A DNA stretch of 53,622 nt from Chiloscyllium plagiosum (Eukaryota), in assembly GCF_004010195.1 (NCBI RefSeq), contig NC_057718.1, positions 75,473,295 through 75,526,916 of the forward strand, given 5' to 3'. A program made the translations under genes and the position numbers. Shown here in pieces: positions 10,930-22,724 of the stretch (positions are counted from its first letter, which is position 1; every line of letters begins with the position of its first letter). The notes beneath the pieces are model-generated. The model did not search any database and was not told where the DNA came from. It was given only the letters and a program-made list of their open reading frames with translations.

Positions 10930-12310
10930 ATGTTTGATTAGGAGTAGTCAGCATGGCTTTATGCATGGAAGACCATGCCTCACAAGTTTGTTAGAGTTCT
11001 TTGATGAAATGACCAGGAAGGTTGACGTGAGCAGGGCGGTAGATGTATTCTATATGGATTTCAGTAAAGCCTTTGAAAAGGTTCCATGTGGTAAGCTGCT
11101 CTGGATGGTTAGATCACATGGAATCAGGGTAGAGGGGGGAGGGCTGGCAAATTGGATACACAATTGGCTTGGTGGTAAGAAGCAGAGGGTAATAGTGGAA
11201 GGATGGTTGTCGGATGGGGGTGCCTGTGACTAGTGCAGTGCCTCAGGGGTTGGTACTGGGCTCATTATGGTTTGTCATCTATATCAATGATTTGGGTGAG
11301 ACAGTACAACGCATGATTAGTAAGTTTGCAAATTAGACTAAAATAGGCAGTATCGTGGACAGTGTGGAAGGTTATCATAAATTGCAGCAGGACCTTGATC
11401 AGCTGGGGAAGTGGGCCCAGAAATGGAAAATGGAGTTTAATATCGATAAGTGTAAGATTTTACATTTTGGAAAGTCAAATCAAGGTATGAGTCTCCTGCT
11501 GAATGGTCAGCCTTTATGGAGTGTATTGGAACAGAGGGACCTTAGAGTTCAGGTGCATGGTTCTCTGGGAGTGGAGTCACAGGTACAGAGGGCAGTGTAG
11601 AAGGCTTTTAGCACACTGGTCTTCATTAGTCAGGGCTTTGAGTATAGCAGTTGGGAAGTTATGTTACAGTTGTACAGAATGTTAGTAAGGCCACACTTAG
11701 AGTGTTGTGTTCAGTTTTAGTCACCTTGCTATGGGAAGGATGTTATCAAACTGGGAAGAGTGCAATGGGGAATGGGTCTGGGTGGGTGGCAGGTTGGTGT
11801 GGACTTGTTGGGCCGAACGGCCTGTTTCCACACTGTGAGTAAGTAAGTAAATTTACAAGGATGTCGTCAGTAATCGAGGGTCTGCGATATAGGGAGAAGT
11901 TGGGCAAGCTAGGACTTTTTGCTTTAAAGTGTAGAAGACTGAGGGAGGATCTTATAGAAGGGTGTAAGGTCATGAGAGGTATGGATAGGGTGAATACACT
12001 CAGTCTTTATCCCAGGGCTGGGGAATCGAGGACTAGAGGGCATCAGTTTAAGGTTAGAGGGGAAAGAATAAAAGGGAACCCAAGGGACAACGTTTTTACA
12101 CACAGGGTGAAACACATATGCCAGCAGAAGTGGTTGAGGTGGGGACATTAACACCATTTAAAAGGCATTTGGACAAATACATGGATAAGAAAGGTTTAGA
12201 AGGACATGGGTCAAGTGCAGGGAAATGGGATTACACGGATGGACATTTTGGTCAAAATTGGACCAATTTAGGCTGAAGGATGTGTCTCCTTGCTGTAGTA
12301 CTCTATGACT
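10930..12310 (+). mobile_element. CR1 LINE RT to 3' end
   Basis: [49 protein letters not shown]; tail ctctatgact. Confidence 0.92.
11766..11850 (+). mobile_element. HE1 V-SINE 3' fragment inside CR1
   Basis: ggggaatgggtctgggtggg...gttgggccgaacggcctgtttccacactgt with (gtaa)n tail; matches 8353-8440. Confidence 0.85.
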
Positions 12311-12974
12311 AATACTCAGCAATTTTCAAGAAACCCTATGTATCAAAATTGAATGGTGCGCAGCTTGAAGGTAATAGCATTCCCGTGTTCCTTCTGAATT
12401 TATTCTTTTGGATGGTAGATATTACATGTTTAGGAAGTGCTATTGACTAAGTCTTCGCTAGCGCTAGTATATCCATTCTGAAACACGCTCTGGCTCATCC
12501 CAAGCTGTTGTCAGATCCCTGAGTCCCTGAGTGAAATGTTGCAAGTTAATCACAGCAAATGTGAGAAACACAAGAGGTTACTTTCAGTCTCTTTTTCATC
12601 TGCCTGCGGAGTTCTAGGTATCATTAGGAATCAATGAGCTTAGTCATTAAATGTCCACAGCTTTGTATCTATAGAACATTTTCGCTCAAAGGGTGACTTA
12701 ACTACAGTGAAGAAGACTGTTAGGATTGTGGGGAGTGGAATGTGCTAGTAATCATGCCCCATTACTGTGCAATTCACACCATTAACATAAATGGCTCAGT
12801 TCAATTATCAAAGTGGCCATTTTTTTCCCCCTTGTACTGCTGTCCAGAATAAAAAAGGAGGCTTTGACAGGTATTTTTAGTGAAATGGAAAAACATTCAT
12901 TTACCAAAACAAAACTAATTTCTTAAAGCAAGTGGCAAAATTGGTTAACATCAAAACAATATTCAAGATAGGAA

Positions 12975-13145
12975 CAAAACAAAACTAAAAAATGCTGGAG
13001 AAATTCAGCAGGTCTAGCAGCATCTGTGGAGAGAAAAAGAGTTATTGTTGCAAGTTCAGTTTGACTATTCTTCAAAATTGATTTTCTCCAGCATTTTCAG
13101 ATTTTATTTTAGATTTCCAGCATACACGGTATTTTCCTTTTACAT
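12975..13145. mobile_element. Old fold-back PLE pseudo-LTR insert (family A')
   Basis: aatgctggagaaa...gcagcatctgtggagaga arm and reverse arm tttctccagcatttt. Decayed hammerhead at the junction (~13040-13080). Confidence 0.7.
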
Positions 13146-13304
13146 CAAACCAAATCCCTTTTTAATCCCCAAATAGAGCACACAGAACACTGCAGAAATG
13201 ATATTTCAAAAGAGCAAAAGAAAATCACCTTAATTGGCCAATGGTCTGTATAGCAAAGGATAAAAGTTGCTGAATTCTCACGGTCCACTTGAGTATTTTG
13301 TAAA

Positions 13305-13410
13305 TTTAACCTCTTTATCTACTCAGGCTGTTCAGAGACGTTATTACATACATCTGGAGCAGATGGGACTTGAACGCAGGCACCCTGCCCAAGGACACTA
13401 CCTCTTCACA
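13305..13410 (-). mobile_element. tRNA-headed SINE fragment
   Basis: Minus-strand B-box-like gttcaagtccc followed by atctgctccaga; similar to 20412-20490 and 28950-29060. Confidence 0.5.
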
Positions 13411-13674
13411 GGGCCCCTGCCCTGTGTTTCTTATAAATAAAACAGAATTACTGGTAGCTGTAAACTAATAGAAGCTCTTACAAACACAACTTTGATTTAG
13501 ATGGAATTCACATAGTGCAAGTTTTCAAGTAGCCATTTTACTTCAGCTTTTCAGGGTTTACTAAATATGCAATATAATGAAGTACAGAAACTTTCATCAG
13601 ATTTTCAAGTACTTCAGCCAAAAAAAGGAAAGACATTTGGAACTTTACTGCAGTCTTGGAGGTTTACTTTACTC

Positions 13675-13865
13675 AAAGTTTGTGCGAAGATTTGTAGCTC
13701 GGGTGCTCGTTGTTGTGGTTCTGTTCGCCGAGCTGGAAGTTTTTGTTGCAAACGTTTCGTCCCCTGGCTAGGCGACATCATCGATGCTTGGGAGCCTCCT
13801 GCAAAGCGCTTCTTTGATGTTTCCTCCGGTGTTTATAGTGGTCTGTCCCTGCCGCTTCCGGTTGT
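13675..13865 (-). mobile_element. Young PLE pseudo-LTR insert, third hammerhead family (C)
   Basis: 8-bp TSD ctttactc (13667 / 13866), CpG-rich. Minus strand gca-TCGATGA-t-gtcgcc-tagcca-ggggac-GAAA-cgtt-tgc (13748-13787). Confidence 0.8.
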
Positions 13866-14379
13866 CTTTACTCTGAGATTTGAGAAACAGATACGAAGTC
13901 CAGAGAGGGTTGCTGGACACCTGTCAGCACAGGTTAACCTCATCCAAAGTTAGGTTTCAGGCAGCTAAGGGTAATAAACCCCATTTCTTATCCCATAAAT
14001 CTTGGCTTCACTACCAATCTAGTTTCTGAGAAACCCCATCAGTTCCCTTCACCCTTGGATTGGGGTGGTGAGGGGGGTAGTGAGGTGGGTAGGAGGAGTG
14101 GAGATGAGCAGAAAATTCTGTTTAAACCATAAAGCATCCAAGCAGTTCAATTTCTTTCAGTCTTTCACAGTCCATCAATATAATTATGTGATTCAGACAA
14201 AGACAGTAAGCTTGCTTGGTTTCATTTGTACAATCACAGTCCAGATTGAAGGATATTTAAAGTATGTGAGCACTGAGGGCAGTCTGTTCACTCCAAAGGA
14301 TCATGGAGAATCATAGCTGTCATTGAGAGGGACAGAAGGAGTAAGGAAAATTAATTAGTTTTAGTATTTAAAACTAACG

Positions 14380-15175
14380 GGCTGAGGAGTGGCAGATGGA
14401 GTTTAGTTTTTGATAATGCAGGTTATTGCATTTTGGTAACACAAAAAAGCACTAATGCAGTTAATGCCAGGGCCTGGCGAGTGTTATCCTTGGGGTACAT
14501 GTACATAGTTCTTTGAAAGTTGCATCAGGGATCGACAGGGTGATTAAGAAGATATTTAGCAAGCTTGCCTTCATTGCTCAGATCATTGAGTATAGGAATT
14601 GGGACATTATGTTGAGCATGTACAGGATGTTGGTGAGGCCAATCTTGGAGTACTGTGTACAGTTTTGATTGCCCTGTCTTAGGAGGATATTTATCAAATT
14701 GAAAAGAGTTCAGAAAATATTTAATGGGGACTGGAAGGTTTGACTTACAAGGAGAGATTGGATAGGCTGGGCCTTTTTCTTTCACTGCAGTTTAGGAGAC
14801 TGAAAGGTGACCTTATGGAGGTTTATAAAATCATGAGGGGCATAAGCTAAGGTGAATAGCAAAGTTCATTTACCTACAGTGGGGGAGTTCAAAACTAGGG
14901 GGCACATTTTTAAGGAGAGGAGAAAGATTTTAAAAACACCCGAGGGGCAACCTTTTCCATATAGAGTTGATCATATGTGGAATGAACTGCCAGAGGAAGT
15001 GGTAGATGCACCTACAGCTACAACATTTAAAAGATATTTGGATAAGTACACAAATAAGAAAGATTTAGAGGGAAATGGGCCAAATGCAGGCATGTGGTAC
15101 TAGTTATAGAATGCGAAACTTGGTCAACATGAATGAGTTGGATTGAAGGGTCTGTTTTTGTGCTGAATGACTCTT
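14380..15175 (+). mobile_element. CR1 LINE 3' portion
   Basis: WQMEF, LVRPILEYCVQF, GEFKTRGH, WNELPEEVVDA; tail tgactct. Confidence 0.9.
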
Positions 15176-15420
15176 GGTCATGGATATTAAAGTCACCATT
15201 CGGAGCATATTCTGCAACCTTGCCACCATCTATGCTTCCTTCAAATGACATTCAAATGAAGGAATATTGATTCATCAATCAAAGAAGGGCAGCACATAGT
15301 AATCAAAAGGGTTCCTTCCCCATATTTGACATGAGACCTCATGATGTCCTAAGTCAATGATTCCTAGAGCAATTACCTGCAATTGTATACTACTATTCTG
15401 CTAGCTCAGTATGGATTACA
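15176..15420 (-). mobile_element. Old CR1/L2-group LINE endonuclease fragment
   Basis: Minus strand GDFNIHDQE motif (ORF 15027-15251). Confidence 0.5.
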
Positions 15421-16169
15421 CTCCTCACCCATCAGCTCAGTTGCCTGCAGCTTGCACTAGGTAAGGATTCAAAGATCTGACATTCCTCTGTATCTTCTTA
15501 TTTCTTTTCTGGTCTAGATTCTCCTGCAAGAGGTTAAATTAAGGATCAAGAGTCATGGAACTGAGCGCACATACACTTTGAGCATGCATGGTCATGCAAA
15601 ATGATGAGGCCTCCCCTGGAAATGATTAGGAAGCACAGTGCCTGGTAAGGGTTAGAATATTGGCAACACGAGGTAGGTATGAGCCCATTGATGCATATAA
15701 TGCATGTGATACAAAGGCTTTTTGGCTAAAACCTGTGCACTGGCACATTTGGTCAAAGTAATGCCTCTGTGAGCTTGCCATGAAAATATAGTGTCATGTA
15801 CTTTAGTGGAGTATGGTAGATTGTAACAACGTTCTTTGGCAAAGCTCCACGAGAATTCTCTGTGCCTTTGTGGAGGAAATACACCTTTTTCACGTTTCAT
15901 CCTAGAGTAGAAGCTCTCATGAGGACTTGGAGAACCTTGCAGCCAACTTTTGACAGCTGAGACAGATAGCACCAACATAGGCCCTTGAGACGTTCCTGGC
16001 TTGCAGTGAACAAAGTGATACTATGGTGGCCTACGGTAATGTCAGAACTTTGCATGGCCTGGGGTCCAAGCAGAAGCAGGAACTTTCTGCATGTCTAACT
16101 TTAATTCACTACTTGACTTACACTGTAATTCACTTGCACACAAAAATGGGCTGAAATTATAATCATATG

Positions 16170-16750
16170 AGAAAACTTGTGTCAGATCATGGTGCATGTG
16201 GTACTGGCTTAGTTGTCTGAGACCATACTTTAACCCTAAAGTGGAAAAACACAGCCATTGCATTCAATTCTGGGCACCGGTTTTCAGGATGTGAAGACAT
16301 TAAAAGTGATGCAGAGAAAGATTTACAAAAATTGTTCTATGGACATAAAACTTGAGTTACTTGGAGAAATTGGAGGAGCTGGGACTATTTTCCTTACAGA
16401 AAATTAAGACGAGATTTTGAAAAGTTTTTTGAAATAATCCAGGGTCTGTCCAGGGCAGGTAGGGAGAAAATGCTCCTGCTGGGTGAAGGGGCAAGAAGCA
16501 AAGGACAACAACAACTAAGCAAAAATGACAATGAGGAGAACTATTTATACAGCAAGTCCTCACGTTCTGCAATACAACATCTGAGGGCATGTAGGCAATA
16601 GATTTAATCATGTCTTTCAACAGCAAATTAGACAATTATCTGAAGACATAAAATATGTAGGACTGGGAAATGTCAGGAATGGTGCTTTATAAGTTGATTT
16701 TCCAGAGAACGAGCAGAATGAAAACAGGTCAACTGAACTCTCTATGTCTT
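16170..16750 (+). mobile_element. Old CR1 LINE 3' portion
   Basis: LRPY...CIQFWAP, MQRK-FTK, LEKLEELGLFSLQK; tail ctctatgtct. Confidence 0.7.
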
Positions 16751-16838
16751 GTCATCATTCTAATTTTGATTTAAATTGTGGGCTTGATGAGCAGCTATTG
16801 CCATCTTGGTTATGTAGGGTTCCTCCGATTCTTTCTCA

Positions 16839-19720
16839 ATTTGATTTGATTTATTGTAATCACATGTACCTAAGTGCAGTGAAAAACTTGGCTTTGCAAG
16901 CAGTACAGGCAGGTCATAGCAAACAAGGACCTACAGATCATAGGGTGCTTAGACAGAGCGAGGCGTACAAGGTTATGGCTGCACAGACTAAGATCAAAAC
17001 AAGATAAATGTTATTTGAAGTTAGAGAGGTCCATTCACCAGTCTAATAAACAGCAGTTCTTGAGCTGTTCTTGAACCTGTTGGTGAGTGAGTTCTAGCTT
17101 CTGTATCTTCTACCTGATGGAAGAGAGCATTACCGGGGTGCAATGGGACTTTGACGATGTTGGCAGCCTTTCCACGGCAATGAGATGTATAAATGGAGTC
17201 CATGGATGGAAGTCTGGTTTCTGTGATGGTATGGGCTGTGCACACACCTTCTGTCATTTCTTATAGTCCTGGGCAGAGCGGTTGCCATACCAGGCCATTA
17301 TGCACCTGGATAGTATGTGTTCTGTGGTGTATCTATAGAAGTTGGTGTGAGTCCTTATGGACATGCCAAATTTCCTAAGCCACCTGAGGAAGAAGAGGCA
17401 TTGTTGTTCCTTCTTGACCACCGCAGCAGCACGGGAGGTCCAGGACAGAATGTTGGTTATTTTCACTCCCAGAAACCTGACATTGTCCACCCTCTCAACC
17501 TAAGCTCCATTGATGTAGATAGGAGCAGTTCCACCTCCTTTCTTCCTGAAGTCAATGATCAGTTCTTTTGTTTTGCCAACATTTAGAGAGAGAGGTTGTT
17601 ACCATGTCACCAAGCATTTTATCTCTTTTCTGGATTCTGACTCTTCATTGATAACTGCCCTATAACAGTGGTAGCAAATCTGAGATAGATAGGTTCTTGT
17701 GCAACAAGGGATCAAGGATTATGGGGAGAAAATGGGAGAATAGGGTTGAGAAACCTATCAGCCATGATTGAATGGCAAAGCACACTTGATGGGCTGAATA
17801 GCCTAATATCTGCTTCTATGTAATGATCTTATAAACCTGCAGATGGTGTTCATATGGAATTTGGCTACATAGTCATGGATGTACAGCTAATATAGTAGGG
17901 GGTTCGAGTGCATCCATGTGAGGTGCCACTGTTGCAGATTATCATGGAGGAGATGGTGTGTATCTTCACTGATTGCAGTCTGTGTCAGGAAGCTGAGAAT
18001 CCAGTTGCAGAGGGCAGAGCCAAGACCTAGGTCTTGAAATATTGAGATCAGTCTGGAGGAGATTATGGTGTTGAAGACAGAGCTGTAGTCAATGAGCAGG
18101 AGTCTGACATAAGTATCCATGTTATCTAGATGTTCCAGGGATGAGGGTAGGGCAAGGGAGATGGTGTCCACTGTGGACCTGTTTTGCCAGTAGGCAAATT
18201 GCAGGGTATTAAGGGTAGGCTGGGAGGCTTCAGTTGATGTGGGCCATGATTCACCTCATGAAGCACTTAATGATTATGGAGGTCAGAAACACTGGGCAAT
18301 AGTCATTAAGGCATGTAGTTTCTTTGGTACTGGGATGATGATGGTCTTCTTGAAGAAGTGGTGAGTCTGGATTGTAGGAGGGAGAAGTTGAAGATGTTGC
18401 TGAATACCTCCACTAGTTGGTTCGCACAGGATGTAAGTGCATGGCCGGTGACTCCACCCCGGCCAGTCGCTTTCCTGGGGTTGACTCTCGGGAAGACCAA
18501 TCTGATGTCTGCAGTGGTGACCGAGGAAACAAGTGTGTCTGGGGCTGTCAGGAGGTGACACAATGTCGCTGGCATTCTGCTCAAACTGAACATAGAAAGC
18601 ACTGAGAGCATCAGGCAGGGATGTGTTTTTGCCTGCTATCTTGCTCTGCTTCATTTTGTATCCTATTGTGTTGGTTAGGCCTTGCCACAGGCAGCAGGAG
18701 TCTATTTAGTAGGTTTAGATCTCTAACTTGGTCTGGTACTGTCTCTTGGCATCCCTGATGGCTTTGCAGAGCTCATATCTGGATTTCCTATGTAGGTGTG
18801 GGTCATCCAACTTAAATCCCACAAGCCTGGCCTTCAAAAGGGAGTGGATTTCCTGGTTCATCCAAGGTTTCCGGTTGGGGAACGCATGGATTGACTTCTT
18901 GGTATGCAGTCCTTCACACACTTGCTAATGAAGTCAATAACGATGGTGGTATACTCAGCTAGTCCGCAAATTCTTAAATATGGTTGAGTCCACCAATGGC
19001 AAGCTCCTGGAGAAGCTCTTCAGCGACCTCAATCAATGCTATACTATCTTTTGTGAAGGGTCCTCCTGGTTAAACATTTGCTTGTAAGCTGGGAGGAGGA
19101 ACACAATATTGTGATCTGATTTTCCAAGGTGTGGACAGGGTATGGAGCAGTAGGAACCATTGATGGTAGTGTAACTGTGGCCCAAGATCTCTGGTGAGGC
19201 AAGAGACGTGTTGGTGGTTTTTTGGTAACACCCTCTTGAAGTTGGCCTATTTAAAGTACCCAGCCACAATGCACAGGGCCTCAGGGTAATCCATCTCAAG
19301 TGTGTTTGTAGTGGTGTAAATTTCATCCAGTGCATTCTTCACTTCTGCCTGGGGTGGTATGTAGACTGCTGTCATGATGGTAGATATGAAATCATGCTGC
19401 AGGGAACAGAGATAGCAATTCACTGTTAGATATTCTAGGTCTGGAGTGCAGTGACTTGCCAGGATTTCCACATCTGAGCACCAGGAGGTGTTGGTTAGGA
19501 GGCATACTCCACTGCTCTTTGTCTTACCAGAGGATGCCATGTGGTCCATATGATTTATGGAGAACCACTCAGCTGCAAGGCACAGTCAGGTATGGTGAGA
19601 GTGAGCCATGTCTCTGTAAAACAGAGCACACAGCAATCTCTCAGATAAGTTTGAAAGATAAGTCTACATCTGAGTTCATCCATTCTTTTCTCCCCCAATA
19701 GCTTGGACATTTGCCAGGAG
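16839..19720 (-). mobile_element. Near-complete degenerate Rex1/Babar LINE (APE endonuclease plus RT)
   Basis: Endonuclease: SGVCLLTNTSWC..PDLEYL..TAVYIPPQA. Linker: [40 protein letters not shown]. 3' AATAAA(tcaaa)n tail. Confidence 0.92.
17678..17830 (+). mobile_element. CR1 3' terminal fragment inserted in Rex1
   Basis: gagatagataggttcttg..aagggatcaaggattatgggg..atcagccatgattgaatggc. Confidence 0.8.
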
Positions 19721-20071
19721 TATGTAGGGGCGCCTTGTTCCTTTACTCATCTTTTCCCTTTTCCTCCTCCAGCAGGAGATGGAAAAAAATTATTATGTTC
19801 TATCCCATGTTACTTCATTCTTCTCTGTAAGTCCTACACTGCACATGGTGCAAGCACCATAATATTGAAAATGGGAATTCAATAACATTAATGCTATGGG
19901 GTGTCAATTGGAGATTGGTTAATTCTCTCGATGGTGATACTCATTATCAGGCAGTTGTATCATGCAATAGTTTCTGGACTGTTATAAACTCAAACCCAAA
20001 CATTGTTCAGGTATTACTACATATGGACATAAACCACCTTGGCATAGTTGCTTTTTATTCCCCTTTGGTGT

Positions 20072-20103
20072 TGTGTGTGTGTGTGTGAGTGTGTGTGTGA
20101 GTG
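20072..20103. repeat. (GT)n microsatellite, interrupted
   Basis: tgtgtgtgtgtgtgtgagtgtgtgtgtgagtg. Confidence 0.9.
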
Positions 20104-20411
20104 CAGGAGTCAGTGAAAACACCATGTTCAAAATAATTTTATTCAACATTTCCACCACCAGGGAAAAAAAAACACCCGTATGGCCAGGGAAGTAGTAACA
20201 AACAAAGATTGGCAGGGACCATGCTTACATGAAAGAAAAAGTGAAGGGGACTGCCTCAGTATAAGAAGAGTTGCAATTGGAACTGAAAATTGCAATGATT
20301 ATGGAGCATCCCCAATTCTTGTAACTGAGGGGAAGTCATGGATGAAACACACTTACCTTCTAAAGAGAGATTCGCATTTCAAAGATGGGTAAGTATAGAC
20401 AGCTACCTTGA

Positions 20412-20500
20412 ATGTTTTTGTAGTGCAGTGGTATGTCCCTACTTCTGAGCCAGGAGACCTGGGTTCAACTCCAATCTGCTCCAGAACTAGTTGATTAGAG
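20412..20500 (+). mobile_element. tRNA-headed SINE fragment
   Basis: A box tagtgcagtgg, B box ggttcaactcc. Confidence 0.6.
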
Positions 20501-21264
20501 ATTAATCTACCTAATGGAACTCCTGCAGCAAAGCTCTGGGACTGAAATGGTAGGCCACCAATAACCAAAAGGGGATTCCTTTTGAATTAGGTGTGACACC
20601 ATGGCTACCACGACTGAAGCAGCATAAAATGGCTGAAAACTGTTCTCAGTTGACATAAAATGGTTGGGGAAGATGTTTAATTGAAACAGCAGCTTCCACA
20701 GTCTCCTGTTTGAAGATAAACTATAAGCTATAGTAATTAACTGCCTTCATAGAAAGAGTATATCCAAGGTAACTAGATTAACATAACATATAAAAGGGTC
20801 TTATGAAATGTATACAATGAATCTGGTTGAACATAGACAGACACAGCTGCTTGACTAGAGACAGCCTATTAGATACATCTTGAATAATACTGATAGAAAC
20901 CTCTATTACCAGGCTGTGATTTATCATGGGATAGAATGAAAAGATCTGACCCACATCAATTAAGACCCCCATGTAGTTATAGCCATAAGTCAAAAATCAA
21001 GATGGTGTTTTAAGTATACAGGTATTAAAAGATTTAACTGCATTCCAGTGGCTATTCGGTCTAAGGTGGACAGAAGAGGCCCTTTTCAATCAGCAGGGGA
21101 GTGCTGTATAACTGGAGCAACGTCTGGGATGTGGTTGAACAAGATATATTGTGAAGGCACAAGGATAATTGATAAGAGGATCTGGTAAATATCATGAGAT
21201 GATATGAAGTTGTTCATGGACTGATCACACATGATTAACCTAGTTGGATGGGTATGCAAGATTA

Positions 21265-21363
21265 GATTAGAGTCAAGATTGTGGTGCTGGAAAAGCACAG
21301 CAGGTCAAGCAGCATCCGAGGAGCCGGAGAATCGACATTTCGGGCCAGAGCCCTTCATCAGGA
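21265..21363 (-). mobile_element. Short PLE-derived hammerhead insert (family A)
   Basis: 7-bp TSD aagatta (21258 / 21364). Minus strand ttc-CTGATGA-a-GGGC-tctg-GCCC-GAAA-tgtc-gatt. Confidence 0.85.
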
Positions 21364-21383
21364 AAGATTAAATCATCAGGAAA

Positions 21384-21466
21384 GATTCCCTACAGTGTGG
21401 AAACAGGCCCTTCAGCCCAACAAGTCCACACTCACCCTCTGAAGAGTAACCCACCCAGACCCATTT
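21384..21466 (-). mobile_element. HE1 V-SINE 3' fragment
   Basis: acagtgtggaaacaggcccttcagcccaacaagtccacac...cccacccagacccatt. Confidence 0.85.
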
Positions 21467-21689
21467 AAGCAATAATACATATAGTTTGTAACAGCCAAGA
21501 TGGAGCCAAAAGCAAAAAATGTATTTTTCCTTTTGTTCAGTGGAGAAGTCACTGGACTACCCAGAGGCTTTCTCCCATTGGTATAAAACAATAAACTTGT
21601 TCATTCTTGAAGTGGACCTGGGTGTTGAGTGATTCATTTAGTCATTCCGCTCCAACACAACAGTCAGTGGAGAGTTCTCCCAAAATTGG

Positions 21690-21920
21690 GCATCAACAAA
21701 CAGGTAACTGCTCGTTTTATAACATTGTCAAGCACACCTTCCAAAATTCTGCATCATATTAATGGGGTGATGATTGGACAGATTGGTTCTGTCCTATCTT
21801 TTTGTCGATAGGACCTACCCCAGCAATTATCTGCATTGTTCAGTAGATGTCAAACTTTTAGCTATACTAAAGTGGCTTGGCCAGGGATATGGAAAATTCT
21901 GGAGCATACATCTTTTTGAT
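21690..21920 (-). mobile_element. Old CR1/L2-group LINE RT fragment
   Basis: Alignable by eye with 9700-9900. Confidence 0.6.
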
Positions 21921-22519
21921 GTTTTAATCCCCAGAACACATCAAACCCTAATTCCTTGATGTTCAAAATTTCCCCCAATTATGTTTTTATTAAGGGGATG
22001 AGCTTCAAGATTATAATAAAAGGCTAATTCTACTATTTTTAGTAGAAGGTTAACTTCTATAATAGAAATGCATTTATTGTACCAACAGAAAGCCTACAAT
22101 TGAGTTATGATTATTTTTAACTTTGGTTAATAAGACCATAAGACATAGGAGTGGAAGTTAGGCCATTCGGCCCATCGAGTCCACTCCGCCATTCAATCAT
22201 GGCCGATGGGCATTTCAATTCCACTTATCCGCATTCTCCCTGTAGCCCTTAATTCCTTGTGACATCAAGAATTTATCAATCTCTGCCTTGAAGACATTTA
22301 GCGTCCCGGCCTCCACTGCACTCCGCGGCAATGAATTCCACAGGCCCACCACTCTCTGGCTGAAGAAATGTCTCCGCATTTCTGTTCTGAATTTACCCCC
22401 TCTAATTCTAAGGCTGTGTCCACAGGTCCTGATTTGGAGATGCTGGTGTTGGACTGGGGTGTACAAAGTTAAAAATCACACAACACCAGGTTATAGTCCA
22501 ACAGGTTTAATTGGAAGCA

Positions 22520-22554
22520 CACTAGCTTTCAGAGCGATGCTCCTTCATCAGGTG
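22520..22554 (-). ncRNA. Minimal type-I hammerhead ribozyme (family B), core intact
   Basis: cac-CTGATGA-a-GGAGC-atc-GCTCT-GAAA-gc-TA^gtg, with a G.U wobble in stem II. Confidence 0.8.
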
Positions 22555-22689
22555 ATTGTGCAGGCATCCCTGCCTGCAACGTATAAGATAGACAATGTTG
22601 GCTGAGTCACATGAGTACCTGCCATGTACACGGTGGGAGGTGTTCCCACGCGTAATAGTGGTATCTATTACGATCGAGCCCTCCACAAT

Positions 22690-22724
22690 CACCTGATGAA
22701 GGAGCGTCGCTCCGAAAGCTAGTG
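22690..22724 (+). ncRNA. Minimal type-I hammerhead ribozyme (family B), core intact
   Basis: cac-CTGATGA-a-GGAGC-gtc-GCTCC-GAAA-gc-TA^gtg. Stem I cac/gtg, palindromic AGCT in place of stem III, predicted cleavage after A22721. Confidence 0.85.

Larger units (their letters stand above)
20590..21657 (+). mobile_element. Possible solo LTR (interrupted by PLE and HE1 inserts)
   Basis: AATAAA at ~21590 followed by a U5-like stretch ending ...ctccaaca. The 5' boundary and TSD were not identified. Confidence 0.3.

Noticed and set aside
13567..13953. 128-aa plus-strand ORF
   Set aside because: Reads through the antisense of a PLE pseudo-LTR insert; no protein signature
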